From Hyphomicrobiales bacterium (GTDB lineage Bacteria > Pseudomonadota > Alphaproteobacteria > Rhizobiales > Aestuariivirgaceae), in contig JANPCE010000057.1 in assembly GCA_031430795.1 (NCBI GenBank), forward strand, positions 22,643-86,642: a DNA stretch of 64,000 bases, read 5' to 3'. Numbering within the stretch: the stretch's first letter is position 1; the number at the start of each line of letters is the position of its first letter. The notes beneath the pieces were generated by a model. The model had not been told where the DNA came from. It did no database searches and saw only the letters and a list, made by a program, of their open reading frames with translations. A program made the position numbers and the translations under genes. Shown here piece by piece: positions 34,854 through 44,407 of this stretch.

Positions 34854-36418
34854 CAGAACCCACCATAAAGATAGGGGGATTTGCGGTCGATCATGACCAC
34901 GGCCGTAACCATCAAGGCACAGCATATCACGCCCCACAGCAGGACAGGTCGCCAGGTCAGGCGCATGATGCCGGGGGTGATGGATTCATTGTCAAAGGTC
35001 ATGATGGCAGGCCGATAGCGGCGCAACAGTTCCACTGAATTCGGCAGCAGCCAGACCACAAAGATTGAAAGCAGCAGCAGCGGCAGGGTACTGCCCGGCA
35101 TTACAATGTCAGTGGGCTGGCCAACAACGAGGCTTCCGACCAATCGACCGAAAGCGTCGACGCTGGACGAACGAAACAGGGCAAATGTCAGGATCAGTGG
35201 TGCCACGGTGATGGCCTGGCCGATGATTTGCCTTTGCAGGTTGGACGTGCGCTTGCGAAAATTTTTCCATGTCTTCGTTGCCCGGATTTCGGTTTCCGCA
35301 ATGTACCATACTCCATGGATGAGGCCGAAAAGCATGAAAGTTGCGGTGGCTCCGTGCCAGATCGCAATGACTTGAAAATTGACGAGCAATGGCAGCCAGA
35401 TCGACAGGATTTTTTCCACGCGCCGGGGCATGTTGTGGGTTAAAGCAAGCCGTGTGCCCCAGACCGCAATTGGCGTGTAAAGAAAGCGCGTGATCACCCG
35501 CGTCAGTGTCATGTGCCAACGACGGTAAAAATCTGCAATGCCAGTGGCGCGCAATGGCGAATCAAAATTCTGCGGCAGGCGCAGTCCGAACAAGCGCCCG
35601 ATGCCCAACGCCGCATCAGAGTAGCCGGAGAAGTCAAAGTACAGCTGGAAGTAATACGCCAGCATGGCCGTCGCGGCAGCGCCGCGCGAAACCGTGTTGC
35701 CTGCCGCGATGACATCAAAAACCCGGTCAGAGAACAGGGCAAGCTTGTCGGCAATGACAATTTTCTTGAACAGGCCCATGGCCAGCAGCATCAAGCCTAT
35801 TTCAATGTCGATACGGCGGATGCTTCCGAAGTTTCTGCGCAGCAACTGTGGTGCCATTTCCCTGAGGTAGGAAATCGGACCGATGATGAGTTGTGGAAAC
35901 AACAGGATGAATGCGGCGTAGGCCAGTCCGCCTTTCACTGTGGGGGTTTGCCCCTCTCCCGCCCTCAGTACTTGAACAGTCTCAGGCTTGTGGCCATAGG
36001 CGTCGGCGAGAAATACTGCCTGGTGGAATGTGTAGAAAGATATGCCAACAGGAATGCCGTATGGCAGCAACGTCGCCGCCGCACCGGGTTGAAAGAGTGC
36101 CCAGACCTGGTTCACGTATTTGAACAGGATCAACAGGCCAAAATTGTAGAGCATGCCGAGCACGAAGACGGTGAGACGTAGGCGCTTGCGCTGGTGCGCA
36201 TGGGGGTGTGACAGGTAGATACCGATTGCAAGGTTCACCAGGACGCTTGCAATCAACAGTCCCGCTGAAAACCAACCTTCCCACGCATAAAACATAAGAG
36301 ATGCTATGGTGATTGCGGCGTAGCCGCCAACCGGCCCCCATGAACGTGCAAGGCTCCAGTAAAACAGCAGCGAAAAAGGCAGAAAAATGAACAGGAATAA
36401 CGGATCGCTGAATGTCAT
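34853..36418 (-). CDS. MBOAT-family membrane O-acyltransferase (AlgI/DltB-like).
   Basis: 521 aa, multi-pass, with the N-terminus MTFSDPLFLFIFLP, the conserved FYRRWHMTL and the IAIWHGA histidine motifs. Confidence 0.88.
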   Translation of the reverse strand: MTFSDPLFLFIFLPFSLLFYWSLARSWGPVGGYAAITIASLMFYAWEGWFSAGLLIASVLVNLAIGIYLSHPHAHQRKRLRLTVFVLGMLYNFGLLILFKYVNQVWALFQPGAAATLLPYGIPVGISFYTFHQAVFLADAYGHKPETVQVLRAGEGQTPTVKGGLAYAAFILLFPQLIIGPISYLREMAPQLLRRNFGSIRRIDIEIGLMLLAMGLFKKIVIADKLALFSDRVFDVIAAGNTVSRGAAATAMLAYYFQLYFDFSGYSDAALGIGRLFGLRLPQNFDSPLRATGIADFYRRWHMTLTRVITRFLYTPIAVWGTRLALTHNMPRRVEKILSIWLPLLVNFQVIAIWHGATATFMLFGLIHGVWYIAETEIRATKTWKNFRKRTSNLQRQIIGQAITVAPLILTFALFRSSSVDAFGRLVGSLVVGQPTDIVMPGSTLPLLLLSIFVVWLLPNSVELLRRYRPAIMTFDNESITPGIMRLTWRPVLLWGVICCALMVTAVVMIDRKSPYLYGGF

Positions 36419-36509
36419 GAAGGCCTGTTCGGTGGGGGCACACTGTCAGGCTCGACGTAGCCCGGCGCAAAATTGTTGTCAAACAGACCTTTGCAAATTT
36501 CAGACGCGG

Positions 36510-37115
36510 TTACTTTGCCTTTTTGGAAATTTCCCGTGCCGGAATGCCTGCCACAGTGACACCTGGCGCTACGTTTTTCGTCACCACTGCACCCGCACCC
36601 ACCACAGCCCCGTCACCGATCGAGACCCCGGGCAGGATGGTTACGTTTGCGCCGATGTGGACTTCATCGCCTAAAATAACTGACGCCAACCTGACGGGTG
36701 ATTGGCTGACGGGCAGGCCAGCGGAGCGATCATAGGTGTTTGAATAGATAACCACGCCGCTTGAGATCATGCAGTGCCTGCCGATTTCAATGCCGCCACT
36801 TCCCGCCAGAATGCTGTTGCGGGAGACGTGGGAGCCATCACCGATGTGGACACGGCCTTTTGTTCCCGCAATCAGCTGGGTGCCCGGGTGGATGCTGACT
36901 TTCCGACCGAGACGCACACCGGAACAATCTGAAATCACCACAGAACGTCCAAGATAAAGTTGCCGCGCTCCGTAGCGTGGACCCAGCAGGAAACCGCGTA
37001 CGCGGCCCTCAAGTGTCAAAGCGGAGCGGGATCCGCCAATTCGCGCGCAATAGGACGCAAGGCTGGCCAGAATATGGGCGAACCAGTCGGGAAGGAGAAT
37101 GGATAAAAACCGCAT
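36510..37115 (-). CDS. Left-handed beta-helix (hexapeptide) acetyltransferase.
   Basis: Repeated [LIV]-G-x4 hexapeptides (IGDGSHVSRNSILAG.., IGANVTILPGVSIGDGAVVGAGAVV). Confidence 0.85.
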   Translation of the reverse strand: MRFLSILLPDWFAHILASLASYCARIGGSRSALTLEGRVRGFLLGPRYGARQLYLGRSVVISDCSGVRLGRKVSIHPGTQLIAGTKGRVHIGDGSHVSRNSILAGSGGIEIGRHCMISSGVVIYSNTYDRSAGLPVSQSPVRLASVILGDEVHIGANVTILPGVSIGDGAVVGAGAVVTKNVAPGVTVAGIPAREISKKAK

Positions 37116-37171
37116 TGCTGACGTTTAGTTTGAAGGTCATTGGCTGTCGACCCCCAACCTGATTTTGCACG

Positions 37172-38521
37172 CTATTGCTTGGTGGTGAACGCCTTGCCAT
37201 TCCATCGCATTTTGCGGCCGCCCGGAAGCGAAATATGCGACTTTCCTTCGGGCGCGCCATTTTCCATGGTAGGCGCTACGTCGAATTTTCCTTCGACTTC
37301 CGAAAAACTGGAAGACTGTTTTACCGCATCCTTGTCGAAATATTCCCGCGACACGCCTCGCCAGACATTGCCACGCGCCACGAGTTCGTTGCTGGCCCGG
37401 TATTCGATGCCCACAGGCCTGGCGGCACCTTGCACCACGCCAGTGTTGCCTATGACCGAAATCCGGAGCGAAGAAAAAGCGCGCACGAACCCCCAGTTGC
37501 AGTTGGCCATGTGATTGGCTTCAATGAGGATGTCGCGGTTCAGACGGTCTGGAAAGTCAGCCGCCGCACCCACGTTCACGCCATAGTCGCAACCCGCAAT
37601 GCGGTTGTTGGCAATTTTTCCATGGCGCGTGCCGTTGGAAGCGTTCACGCCCACATCCGACGTGCGATTGATATTCCAGCCCGTGATGGAAAAATTCTGC
37701 ACATCACCATTGAAACTGACGCAATCATCAGCACCCGGGCCAGAACCCTTGCCCAGCACAGTTCCGTCAAACAACCTGACATCCCTGATTTTGCCGGTTG
37801 CGCCGTCAACGCGGACAGGCTGACAGGTTCCTTCCAGATCATCGAAATGGCAGTTCCTCACCTCAACATCAGACAGCGTGTGATCACCACCGATGATGGA
37901 AAGGCCCCGACGGGCAAGCCTGACAAAGTTACAACCGTTGATTTGAACCGCTCTGACAGGTGCGCCACGGGGCTTGAGCCGCAAGCCACTGGGCATGTTG
38001 GCAAAGCGGCAGTTTTCGATGACAGCGGCACCGCCGCGCAAACTGATGCCCGTCAAATGGCCAGCTTTCAGGCCACCTTCAAAATCGAGGCCGCTGGCAC
38101 GAAAGCCATTTGATTCCACTTCAACCAAAGTTGACGCAATCTGGCCGTTGCCCCTGAAAGTGACGTCCTCAATTGAAAAACCTTCGTTGCCCTCCGCAAG
38201 GCAGTGAAGCAAACGGGGCATGTTTGCTGCAGCCTCCACGACAATTCCGGTCTGGGCACCGCGGAGTTTGAGATTGCGGCCCTCACCGTTCTGCAGTCGC
38301 AGCGGGCGGGTGAGCGAGACGTTTTGGTCGATCACAATTTCGCCGCCGCCGCGCTGCCTGGCCGCAGCCAATGCCACTGTCCACTTCGCCCAAAAGTCCA
38401 CGCCTTCAAATTCTGAAAGCCGCATCACTGTTTGGGCTTGGCCCCGGCTTGCCGCCAGAACCGGAACGGCGAAAGATGCCAGTCCAACCAATACATTGCG
38501 GCGCGTGGTGCGAACTTTCAC
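37172..38521 (-). CDS. Tat-exported right-handed parallel beta-helix protein (polysaccharide lyase / hydrolase / epimerase-like).
   Basis: GTG start with a twin-arginine signal (MKVRTTRRNVLVGLASFAVPVLAA). Repetitive N/G/V-rich beta-helix turns (NCHF, NCNW, GN..). Confidence 0.6.
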   Translation of the reverse strand: MKVRTTRRNVLVGLASFAVPVLAASRGQAQTVMRLSEFEGVDFWAKWTVALAAARQRGGGEIVIDQNVSLTRPLRLQNGEGRNLKLRGAQTGIVVEAAANMPRLLHCLAEGNEGFSIEDVTFRGNGQIASTLVEVESNGFRASGLDFEGGLKAGHLTGISLRGGAAVIENCRFANMPSGLRLKPRGAPVRAVQINGCNFVRLARRGLSIIGGDHTLSDVEVRNCHFDDLEGTCQPVRVDGATGKIRDVRLFDGTVLGKGSGPGADDCVSFNGDVQNFSITGWNINRTSDVGVNASNGTRHGKIANNRIAGCDYGVNVGAAADFPDRLNRDILIEANHMANCNWGFVRAFSSLRISVIGNTGVVQGAARPVGIEYRASNELVARGNVWRGVSREYFDKDAVKQSSSFSEVEGKFDVAPTMENGAPEGKSHISLPGGRKMRWNGKAFTTKQ

Positions 38522-38524
38522 GTG

Positions 38525-40051
38525 TCAGTTTTCCTTTTCCTGTCTTCCCATGCGCAAGAGTGCGCGCGCAAAGGGAATGCCCATTGCCACGGCAAAAATA
38601 GCGGCTGAAAGCAGCAATTCGATGGCGGAGTGCCATGGCAGATAGCGGTGCACAAGCCATGATACGGCAGTTGCGGCGATGGCAAGAAGTGCCGGTCTGG
38701 CGAAGGGGCGCAGCAACTCGGAAAGGGGAACTTTCAAGGTGCGTGAGGTTTTCAAAGGCAGGGCAACGGCATGGGACACGATCATCAACGCTGAAAATGC
38801 AATCGCCACGCCAAGGTATGAAATGTCTGCTGGAAGCCACTTGGACAACGCATAGACGGCAAGTGGGTTGAACAAGGATCCAATCAATAACAACGGCCCG
38901 TAAGCACGCACCTCACCGATTCCGGACAGCACCTTCATCCAACCCTCTGACAGGCCACGCGCGACCATGCCGGGAATCATGACGAGAAACAGCATGACCA
39001 TTTGGGACGCGGTGGCACTTCCCGCAACAAACCCAGGCCCCAACCATAACGCCATCACCGCAGAAGCGTTGACGGCGAGAAAGCCGGCCGCTGACAATAT
39101 CACCAGCGCCTGCATGGTGCCGGTTGTGGCGATGAATTTTCGCGTTTTGGGCGTGACGACCCGTTCGACAGCAACTTGCCTCGCGATTGCAGCATCCATG
39201 CCCTGCACGAGGCCGATGGTGAGCTGGCGCATATAGTTCAAAAGCTGCGATGCAATGGCAAACGCGAAAGCCCCCGCCAAGCCAAAATACCAACTCACAA
39301 ACAGGAGGTCGAAGCGCATGTAAAAATTGAAGGCAAGCACCACAAAACCGTTCCAGCCCACGGTGGCCGCCATTTTCCAGACCTCGGGCAAGGAAACCAT
39401 GGTGGGCCGGGGCCATTTTTGCCGCGAAATTCTCACGCCATGCCAGGCCCAGGCCATGTTGACGGCGATGATTGCCGCGAAGGAAAGCCAGGCAAAGATT
39501 TCGACGATGGCACCTGCACCACTTGCCAAAGACACTGCGGCAAGCGCCGCGCACAGTTCGCCGAGCCGTTCGAGTGTCTGGTAGATGTTGTGCAAGCCGT
39601 TGTTGCCTGTGACAGGCAGAAGATTGGTGGCAGGCGCTACAAGTACCGCCACAAATGTGGAGGCCATGCGCGTCAGCACCAGTGTCACCGCAGCAGCAAA
39701 GAGGTCAGCAGGAATTGAGAAGCGGTCAAGGAAAAACAGAACAACAGACAGAACTGCAACTGAAAACAGGGCGGCCACAAAACTCAGGAAAAAAGCCGAA
39801 GAGAAGACTTCTTCGAACTCGACTTCCGATTTTCCATGCAGGGCCAGGCCCAGTTCAGGCACCATGGTTCCACGCACCATTTCTTTGAGCATGCCGGCCA
39901 TGCCGGTCGACGTTGCGACAAGGGCGACGACTGTGAAAACATCCTGGGAAATGCCCGTGAATATCCGCACGAGCCACAGCCCCATGACCACCGTGATGGC
40001 CATGCGGGCGTAGTTTGAGAGAATGCGGATTTGTTCAGCGGTGATAGCCAC
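38525..40051 (-). CDS. Wzx-type oligosaccharide flippase (MOP superfamily).
   Basis: 508 aa with 12 or more hydrophobic segments. Its position is next to the polymerase-like gene. GTG start. Confidence 0.65.
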   Translation of the reverse strand: MAITAEQIRILSNYARMAITVVMGLWLVRIFTGISQDVFTVVALVATSTGMAGMLKEMVRGTMVPELGLALHGKSEVEFEEVFSSAFFLSFVAALFSVAVLSVVLFFLDRFSIPADLFAAAVTLVLTRMASTFVAVLVAPATNLLPVTGNNGLHNIYQTLERLGELCAALAAVSLASGAGAIVEIFAWLSFAAIIAVNMAWAWHGVRISRQKWPRPTMVSLPEVWKMAATVGWNGFVVLAFNFYMRFDLLFVSWYFGLAGAFAFAIASQLLNYMRQLTIGLVQGMDAAIARQVAVERVVTPKTRKFIATTGTMQALVILSAAGFLAVNASAVMALWLGPGFVAGSATASQMVMLFLVMIPGMVARGLSEGWMKVLSGIGEVRAYGPLLLIGSLFNPLAVYALSKWLPADISYLGVAIAFSALMIVSHAVALPLKTSRTLKVPLSELLRPFARPALLAIAATAVSWLVHRYLPWHSAIELLLSAAIFAVAMGIPFARALLRMGRQEKEN

Positions 40052-41522
40052 TCGGTCTTATTCCACTTTGCATTTCCCTGCGTTGAGGGTGGAAAACCGG
40101 ACGTGCATTCTTGCGCAGATGTCCCCTTCGGAACAGCAGCATGAACAGCAGCAAGGGAACACCGTATCTGAACAGCTGCGACATCATGCCCGTCACATCT
40201 CCCGTCAACAGCGAAAACGCCATTAGCATGTTGATGACACAAAAAATGACGACCTTGAGGGGGGTGCGCTCTTTCAGGATCAGCATGTTGTAGGCTTGGG
40301 CTGCTACCCACCCATAAAGCAGCATTCCAATCACGACTGCCGGGTAGCCGAAGTTCATGTAGAGTTCACCGACATAGCCGGGCGGCACCCCGGAGGCATT
40401 GTCGCGGCCATAGATCTCTTGGCCGACAAAAAGCCCGATGCGGACAGCTGGCTTTTCCAACCAGATGGAGCGCGGAATGGGACCAACGATGAACAGCACA
40501 AGGCTTTCTCCATAAAGGTAGTCGACCCTGTCCGGAACGGCATTCACGATCACCGAAGTCTTGCCAATGTCCATGAAATAGGCGCGGCCAACCGTGGCCT
40601 TCAGGATCGATTCAACACTGACGCTGAATTCCTTGTCTTCGGCGTTGGCAGCTGACGACATGGTGCGCAATTGCCCCATCAGAGTCAGGAAGACGAGCGC
40701 CACAACGACGGCCACCGCACCTTTCAGTACAGAGATGCGTTTGACGCTGTAATGCCAGATCGATAACAGGATGATGCCAAGGTAAATCATCTCCGTCCGG
40801 GAACTGGTGAGAAACGGAAGGATGAGCGACAGAAAGGCGACCGCCACAAGGGCAAGCCAGTCAAACAAACTCGCCTGGTTTTTCTGCGCGATCATATTGG
40901 TGGCATGCAGGAAGAATGCGACTTGCGGCAGCGTTTGGGCACCCATGCGCATGTAGCCAAAAGCCGCGCCACGCGCCGCGTTGCCCACGGTATCCTCGTC
41001 CACACGCTTTGCTGAAAGCGCGCCCTCGGCGATTGCCTCATCAATGCCCAGTTCTTTAATGAACAGATAGAGCACTACCGAACCAATGACAAAGGCGGCG
41101 ATTGCGAATACGCGCGTGGCGGCAAGGCTAGCGATCGGTTTTGAGTTTACAGGCGAACGAGCCGGAGTCCTCACCATCAGATAACCGCAAAGACCGGTGA
41201 CGGTCGCAATCAAAAGCAGGACACCGCCGTCCCAAAGAACGCCGTGATCCAGCCCAGCGAGAACGATAAGTTGTGCATCCCCATCGTAGTCAAAGAACAA
41301 AAGATACAGTGCTTTGCAGAACACCCCGAGGAACAACATGTAAAGCAGCATGTAGAGTGGCGATATCAGATCGTTGTCGCGCTTGTATAAAATGGCCAGG
41401 GAGCACAACAGGCTCGGCATCAAGCCGAGGCTCAATGTCATGTAGTCATCACCGCCGATGAAGGCCATGACAGCTGTCGCCGCCATTGTCACAAAAGTCA
41501 CAACCACCATGATCGGGTTCAT
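40035..41522 (-). CDS. Wzy-type polymerase / O-antigen ligase-like multi-pass membrane protein.
   Basis: 495 aa with about 12 TM segments and a large loop. ATGA overlap with the upstream FkbM gene. Confidence 0.5.
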   Translation of the reverse strand: MNPIMVVVTFVTMAATAVMAFIGGDDYMTLSLGLMPSLLCSLAILYKRDNDLISPLYMLLYMLFLGVFCKALYLLFFDYDGDAQLIVLAGLDHGVLWDGGVLLLIATVTGLCGYLMVRTPARSPVNSKPIASLAATRVFAIAAFVIGSVVLYLFIKELGIDEAIAEGALSAKRVDEDTVGNAARGAAFGYMRMGAQTLPQVAFFLHATNMIAQKNQASLFDWLALVAVAFLSLILPFLTSSRTEMIYLGIILLSIWHYSVKRISVLKGAVAVVVALVFLTLMGQLRTMSSAANAEDKEFSVSVESILKATVGRAYFMDIGKTSVIVNAVPDRVDYLYGESLVLFIVGPIPRSIWLEKPAVRIGLFVGQEIYGRDNASGVPPGYVGELYMNFGYPAVVIGMLLYGWVAAQAYNMLILKERTPLKVVIFCVINMLMAFSLLTGDVTGMMSQLFRYGVPLLLFMLLFRRGHLRKNARPVFHPQRREMQSGIRPSGYHR

Positions 41523-42343
41523 GGGCGTCTCCAGGCGAAGACGTCGCCGTCCCGGTAGAGCCAGCGCTCGTCATGGGTGGATGATGGCTCACCCTTGCTG
41601 ATGACGGCCTTCATGCCGAGTGATTCGAGGTAGGGCTTGATCAAGGTGTTGATGGGTTGGCCATTGTCCAGCCGCGCGTGGCCCTTGCTGTAGGCGCGGA
41701 TGTTCGTGCTGCGCCGCAGGGTTTCTTCAGCACCTTTGAGCACTTCGAGTTCGGCACCGTTGACCGTCACGGAGAGATAGTTGATTTCAGAAATGCCGAG
41801 ATCATGCAGCACAGCGTCGATGCGGTGGAACTCGATGTTGACTTCACCCATTTCAGCGTTGATGGAACGCAAGTCGTTATCCATGCGCACGCCGTCAACT
41901 TTGATCTTGTGGTCTCCGACATGAGGGCTGACCATCATCTTGCCACTTTGCCTCGAACTGTAGGCTGCGCCCTCAAACAGCGTCACATTGCTGTAGCCGC
42001 TTTCCTGAATGGCGGCGCGCAGCCGATTGGCATTGGCGGGCATGGCTTCAAAAATCACGAGCCTGCCGTTTGCCCCAATCGCCTTGCAGAAGCGGTGCAT
42101 GGTGGATGGCCATGGGGTGCCGATCTGGACCACCGTGTCGCCGCGGTTGACGGCAAGTTCGGTGGGCACTGAGTTTTGCACCCTGAGCAGCGCCCGCCGC
42201 ACGAAATCCTTGGCCTTGCCCTCAGGCAGAAGCCGCGCAGGTGCCGATACTGTCCGTGTCACGGCCCGCTTGCCATAGTTCAGCACCCGCGCCAGTTTGA
42301 AGCGGTCACCGCTCAGCGAAAGTTTTGATGTTTTTGGATCCAT
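41519..42343 (-). CDS. FkbM-family methyltransferase.
   Basis: The C-terminal INYLSVTVNGAELEVLKGAEETL matches the FkbM hallmark (..KiDvEGaE..vLkG..). Confidence 0.6.
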   Translation of the reverse strand: MDPKTSKLSLSGDRFKLARVLNYGKRAVTRTVSAPARLLPEGKAKDFVRRALLRVQNSVPTELAVNRGDTVVQIGTPWPSTMHRFCKAIGANGRLVIFEAMPANANRLRAAIQESGYSNVTLFEGAAYSSRQSGKMMVSPHVGDHKIKVDGVRMDNDLRSINAEMGEVNIEFHRIDAVLHDLGISEINYLSVTVNGAELEVLKGAEETLRRSTNIRAYSKGHARLDNGQPINTLIKPYLESLGMKAVISKGEPSSTHDERWLYRDGDVFAWRRP

Positions 42344-42401
42344 GGTCCCAGCAAAAACACGGTTTTAACAGAAAAGCCAGCCGAAATATGGCGGGGCAAC
42401 T

Positions 42402-43370
42402 CTAAACAGGCTTGCGCCACGCCATCTGGACCCAGGCACGCTCGTCGCGCAAAACATCAAGACGGTCTGTCAGCCGCCAAATGAAACCCTTCAATCCGCT
42501 CTGAAGTTCCGCCGCATTGGCGAACTCCAGCAGGCGCGGTGGTTTGGAATAGCACTCCAGTTCCTTGAAACCCAGATGGCTGCAAATGCCGCGCACAAAG
42601 GGTTTGCGGTAGCCAAAACGCATGTTGATGAAGCTGCGCTCAAGCAATGCCCTTGGCACCAAGCCTGCCAAGCCCAGCCAACTCAAGCGAAGTGAAAACC
42701 ATCGGACAAATGAGTCAACATTCTTGAAATCAATCACAAGAATGCCGCCAGGACGCAAAACCCTGTGGGCTTCCGCCAAGGTCTTTTGCGGATCGGTGTG
42801 CAGCATCAGGTTGCCGATGATGATGACGGCGTCGAACCTGTCGCCAGCAAACCGGAGACTGTCCAATGTGCCCTGCAGCGCGGCGACGCCCAACGAACCG
42901 TCAACCCGGAGGACTTCAGGGCTGGGGTCAACCGCAACCACTTGCGATGCAGGCAGGGCCTTTGCAAGTTCCAGCGAGGTGAAGCCATTGCCACAACCAA
43001 GATCGAGTATTTGTTTGGGCGCCGAAACGCCATGCCGTGCCAGCACATCCACAACATGGCGCGCAACACCTGTCTTCAAGGCCGCATTGTCTGTCCAGCC
43101 AAAATCCGTGTAGACATTGCCCTTGTCGTCACCAATTCTGGACGTCTCCACAAAGAGCCTGCGATAGGTGTCTTCATCGGTGATTTCGCGAACGGCTTCG
43201 GCGGTCAAGGCCACATCCAGCATGTCATTGACGTTGGAATCAAAGCTGATGCCACAGCGGCGGCAGCTGGCGTGGCCATAATCCACATGGGCGAACTTGC
43301 CGAACACGGGCACAACGTGCGCCTCTCCGGCACAGGTCAAACAATTCTTGGGTGGCTTTGGGGGGTGCAT
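42402..43370 (-). CDS. Class I SAM methyltransferase with an N-terminal Cys-rich zinc-ribbon-like segment.
   Basis: CLTCAG...CRRCG at the N-terminus and motif I ILDLGCGNGF. Confidence 0.75.
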   Translation of the reverse strand: MHPPKPPKNCLTCAGEAHVVPVFGKFAHVDYGHASCRRCGISFDSNVNDMLDVALTAEAVREITDEDTYRRLFVETSRIGDDKGNVYTDFGWTDNAALKTGVARHVVDVLARHGVSAPKQILDLGCGNGFTSLELAKALPASQVVAVDPSPEVLRVDGSLGVAALQGTLDSLRFAGDRFDAVIIIGNLMLHTDPQKTLAEAHRVLRPGGILVIDFKNVDSFVRWFSLRLSWLGLAGLVPRALLERSFINMRFGYRKPFVRGICSHLGFKELECYSKPPRLLEFANAAELQSGLKGFIWRLTDRLDVLRDERAWVQMAWRKPV

Positions 43371-43379
43371 GTTGCGCTT

Positions 43380-44252
43380 CTATTGAAAGAGGGAAACTTT
43401 GAGCCGGCCTGCATCGCGATGGCGGGCAACTTCGCGAAGCATGTCGCTGAAAGCCTGCCTGAGGGCAGGTGATTCGGAAAAATTGAAGGGGTGGCTCCAG
43501 AGATGAAGCACGCCACCTTCACGCATGGCGCGCTTCAACCCCATGTGAAAGCGGCGCATGATGACGGGCACGCGCCAGGCCTGCGCCGCGTCAGCAAAGA
43601 GCATGGAACCCGCGTGGCGGATAATACCTGCCTCGCCCAAGGTTTCATTCGCCAAGGGCGGCGGCGACACAAATGAGGAGGCCAGATACAGCCATCTGTT
43701 TTTGTAGTTTCCGTCTGCGGCCACACGCACCTTTTTGAAGCCCCTGCGGGCAAGGACGTCCAAGTGGTTTTCGCGGTTTTCCGGAAACACGACAACATCG
43801 GGCGAAAGGCCATATGGCTTCATCGCAGCCTGAAAGCGGTCGATTTCCGCGTCAATCACGGCCGCATCCATGGCTTCGTAGGTGAAGGGAATATGGGAAT
43901 ACGAATGACAGCCGATGACGTGAGGTTGATGTGCGGCGCGCACCATTTCAAAAACGTCGCGGCCGTTAAAGGATTCTGGTTCGGCATCTTTCAAAGTAGC
44001 CGTTACGACGTCACGCCAGCGTTGCGGCAGATGGCTGAAATCGCGTTTGTCCGGAGTCTCGACCATTGCGCCCACAGTGGCCCAGGTCGCGGGTATTTGC
44101 AGGTCGTCCATCTCCTGCAACATGGCCGGCAGGACAATGCGCAGATTTTTGTAGACACCCTTTGCCTGGCGTTCGCGCCACTTGGTCATGTGAACATTGC
44201 CCCAGGCCAGTTCAAAGTCAAAACTGATCACGAATTCTGCGTTGGGTCTCAT
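43380..44252 (-). CDS. Polysaccharide deacetylase (CE4-like).
   Basis: VISFDFELAWG (motif 1-like) and CHSYSH (HxxxH motif 2). The start was moved to the ATG at 44252. Confidence 0.6.
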   Translation of the reverse strand: MRPNAEFVISFDFELAWGNVHMTKWRERQAKGVYKNLRIVLPAMLQEMDDLQIPATWATVGAMVETPDKRDFSHLPQRWRDVVTATLKDAEPESFNGRDVFEMVRAAHQPHVIGCHSYSHIPFTYEAMDAAVIDAEIDRFQAAMKPYGLSPDVVVFPENRENHLDVLARRGFKKVRVAADGNYKNRWLYLASSFVSPPPLANETLGEAGIIRHAGSMLFADAAQAWRVPVIMRRFHMGLKRAMREGGVLHLWSHPFNFSESPALRQAFSDMLREVARHRDAGRLKVSLFQ

Positions 44253-44407
44253 GGCGGTTGTCCGGGCACCTTGTGTCTGCGGGTGAACTGTCCGCGAAAA
44301 CGCATCGGGGCCGGATATGCTGTCAAGGCCCCATCGTGTCAACCCACTTGCAATGGACTTGATCTTGCGACAAACCGCCAGCAACAGACCCGCCGTTGAC
44401 AAAAACA

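Noticed and set aside
33670-34937. Upstream extensions of the methyltransferase ORF (to 33789) and of the SGNH-like ORF (to 34937).
   Set aside because: They would create overlaps of 124 and 85 nt with the preceding genes. Internal ATGs at 33669 and 34853 give the classic ATGA and TGATG coupling junctions instead.
37175-38113. A 312-aa plus-strand ORF, and the ORFs at 38913-39554 (-) and 39176-39718 (+).
   Set aside because: These are antisense or alternative-frame readings within the beta-helix and flippase genes, with compositionally biased products (Arg/His/Gly).
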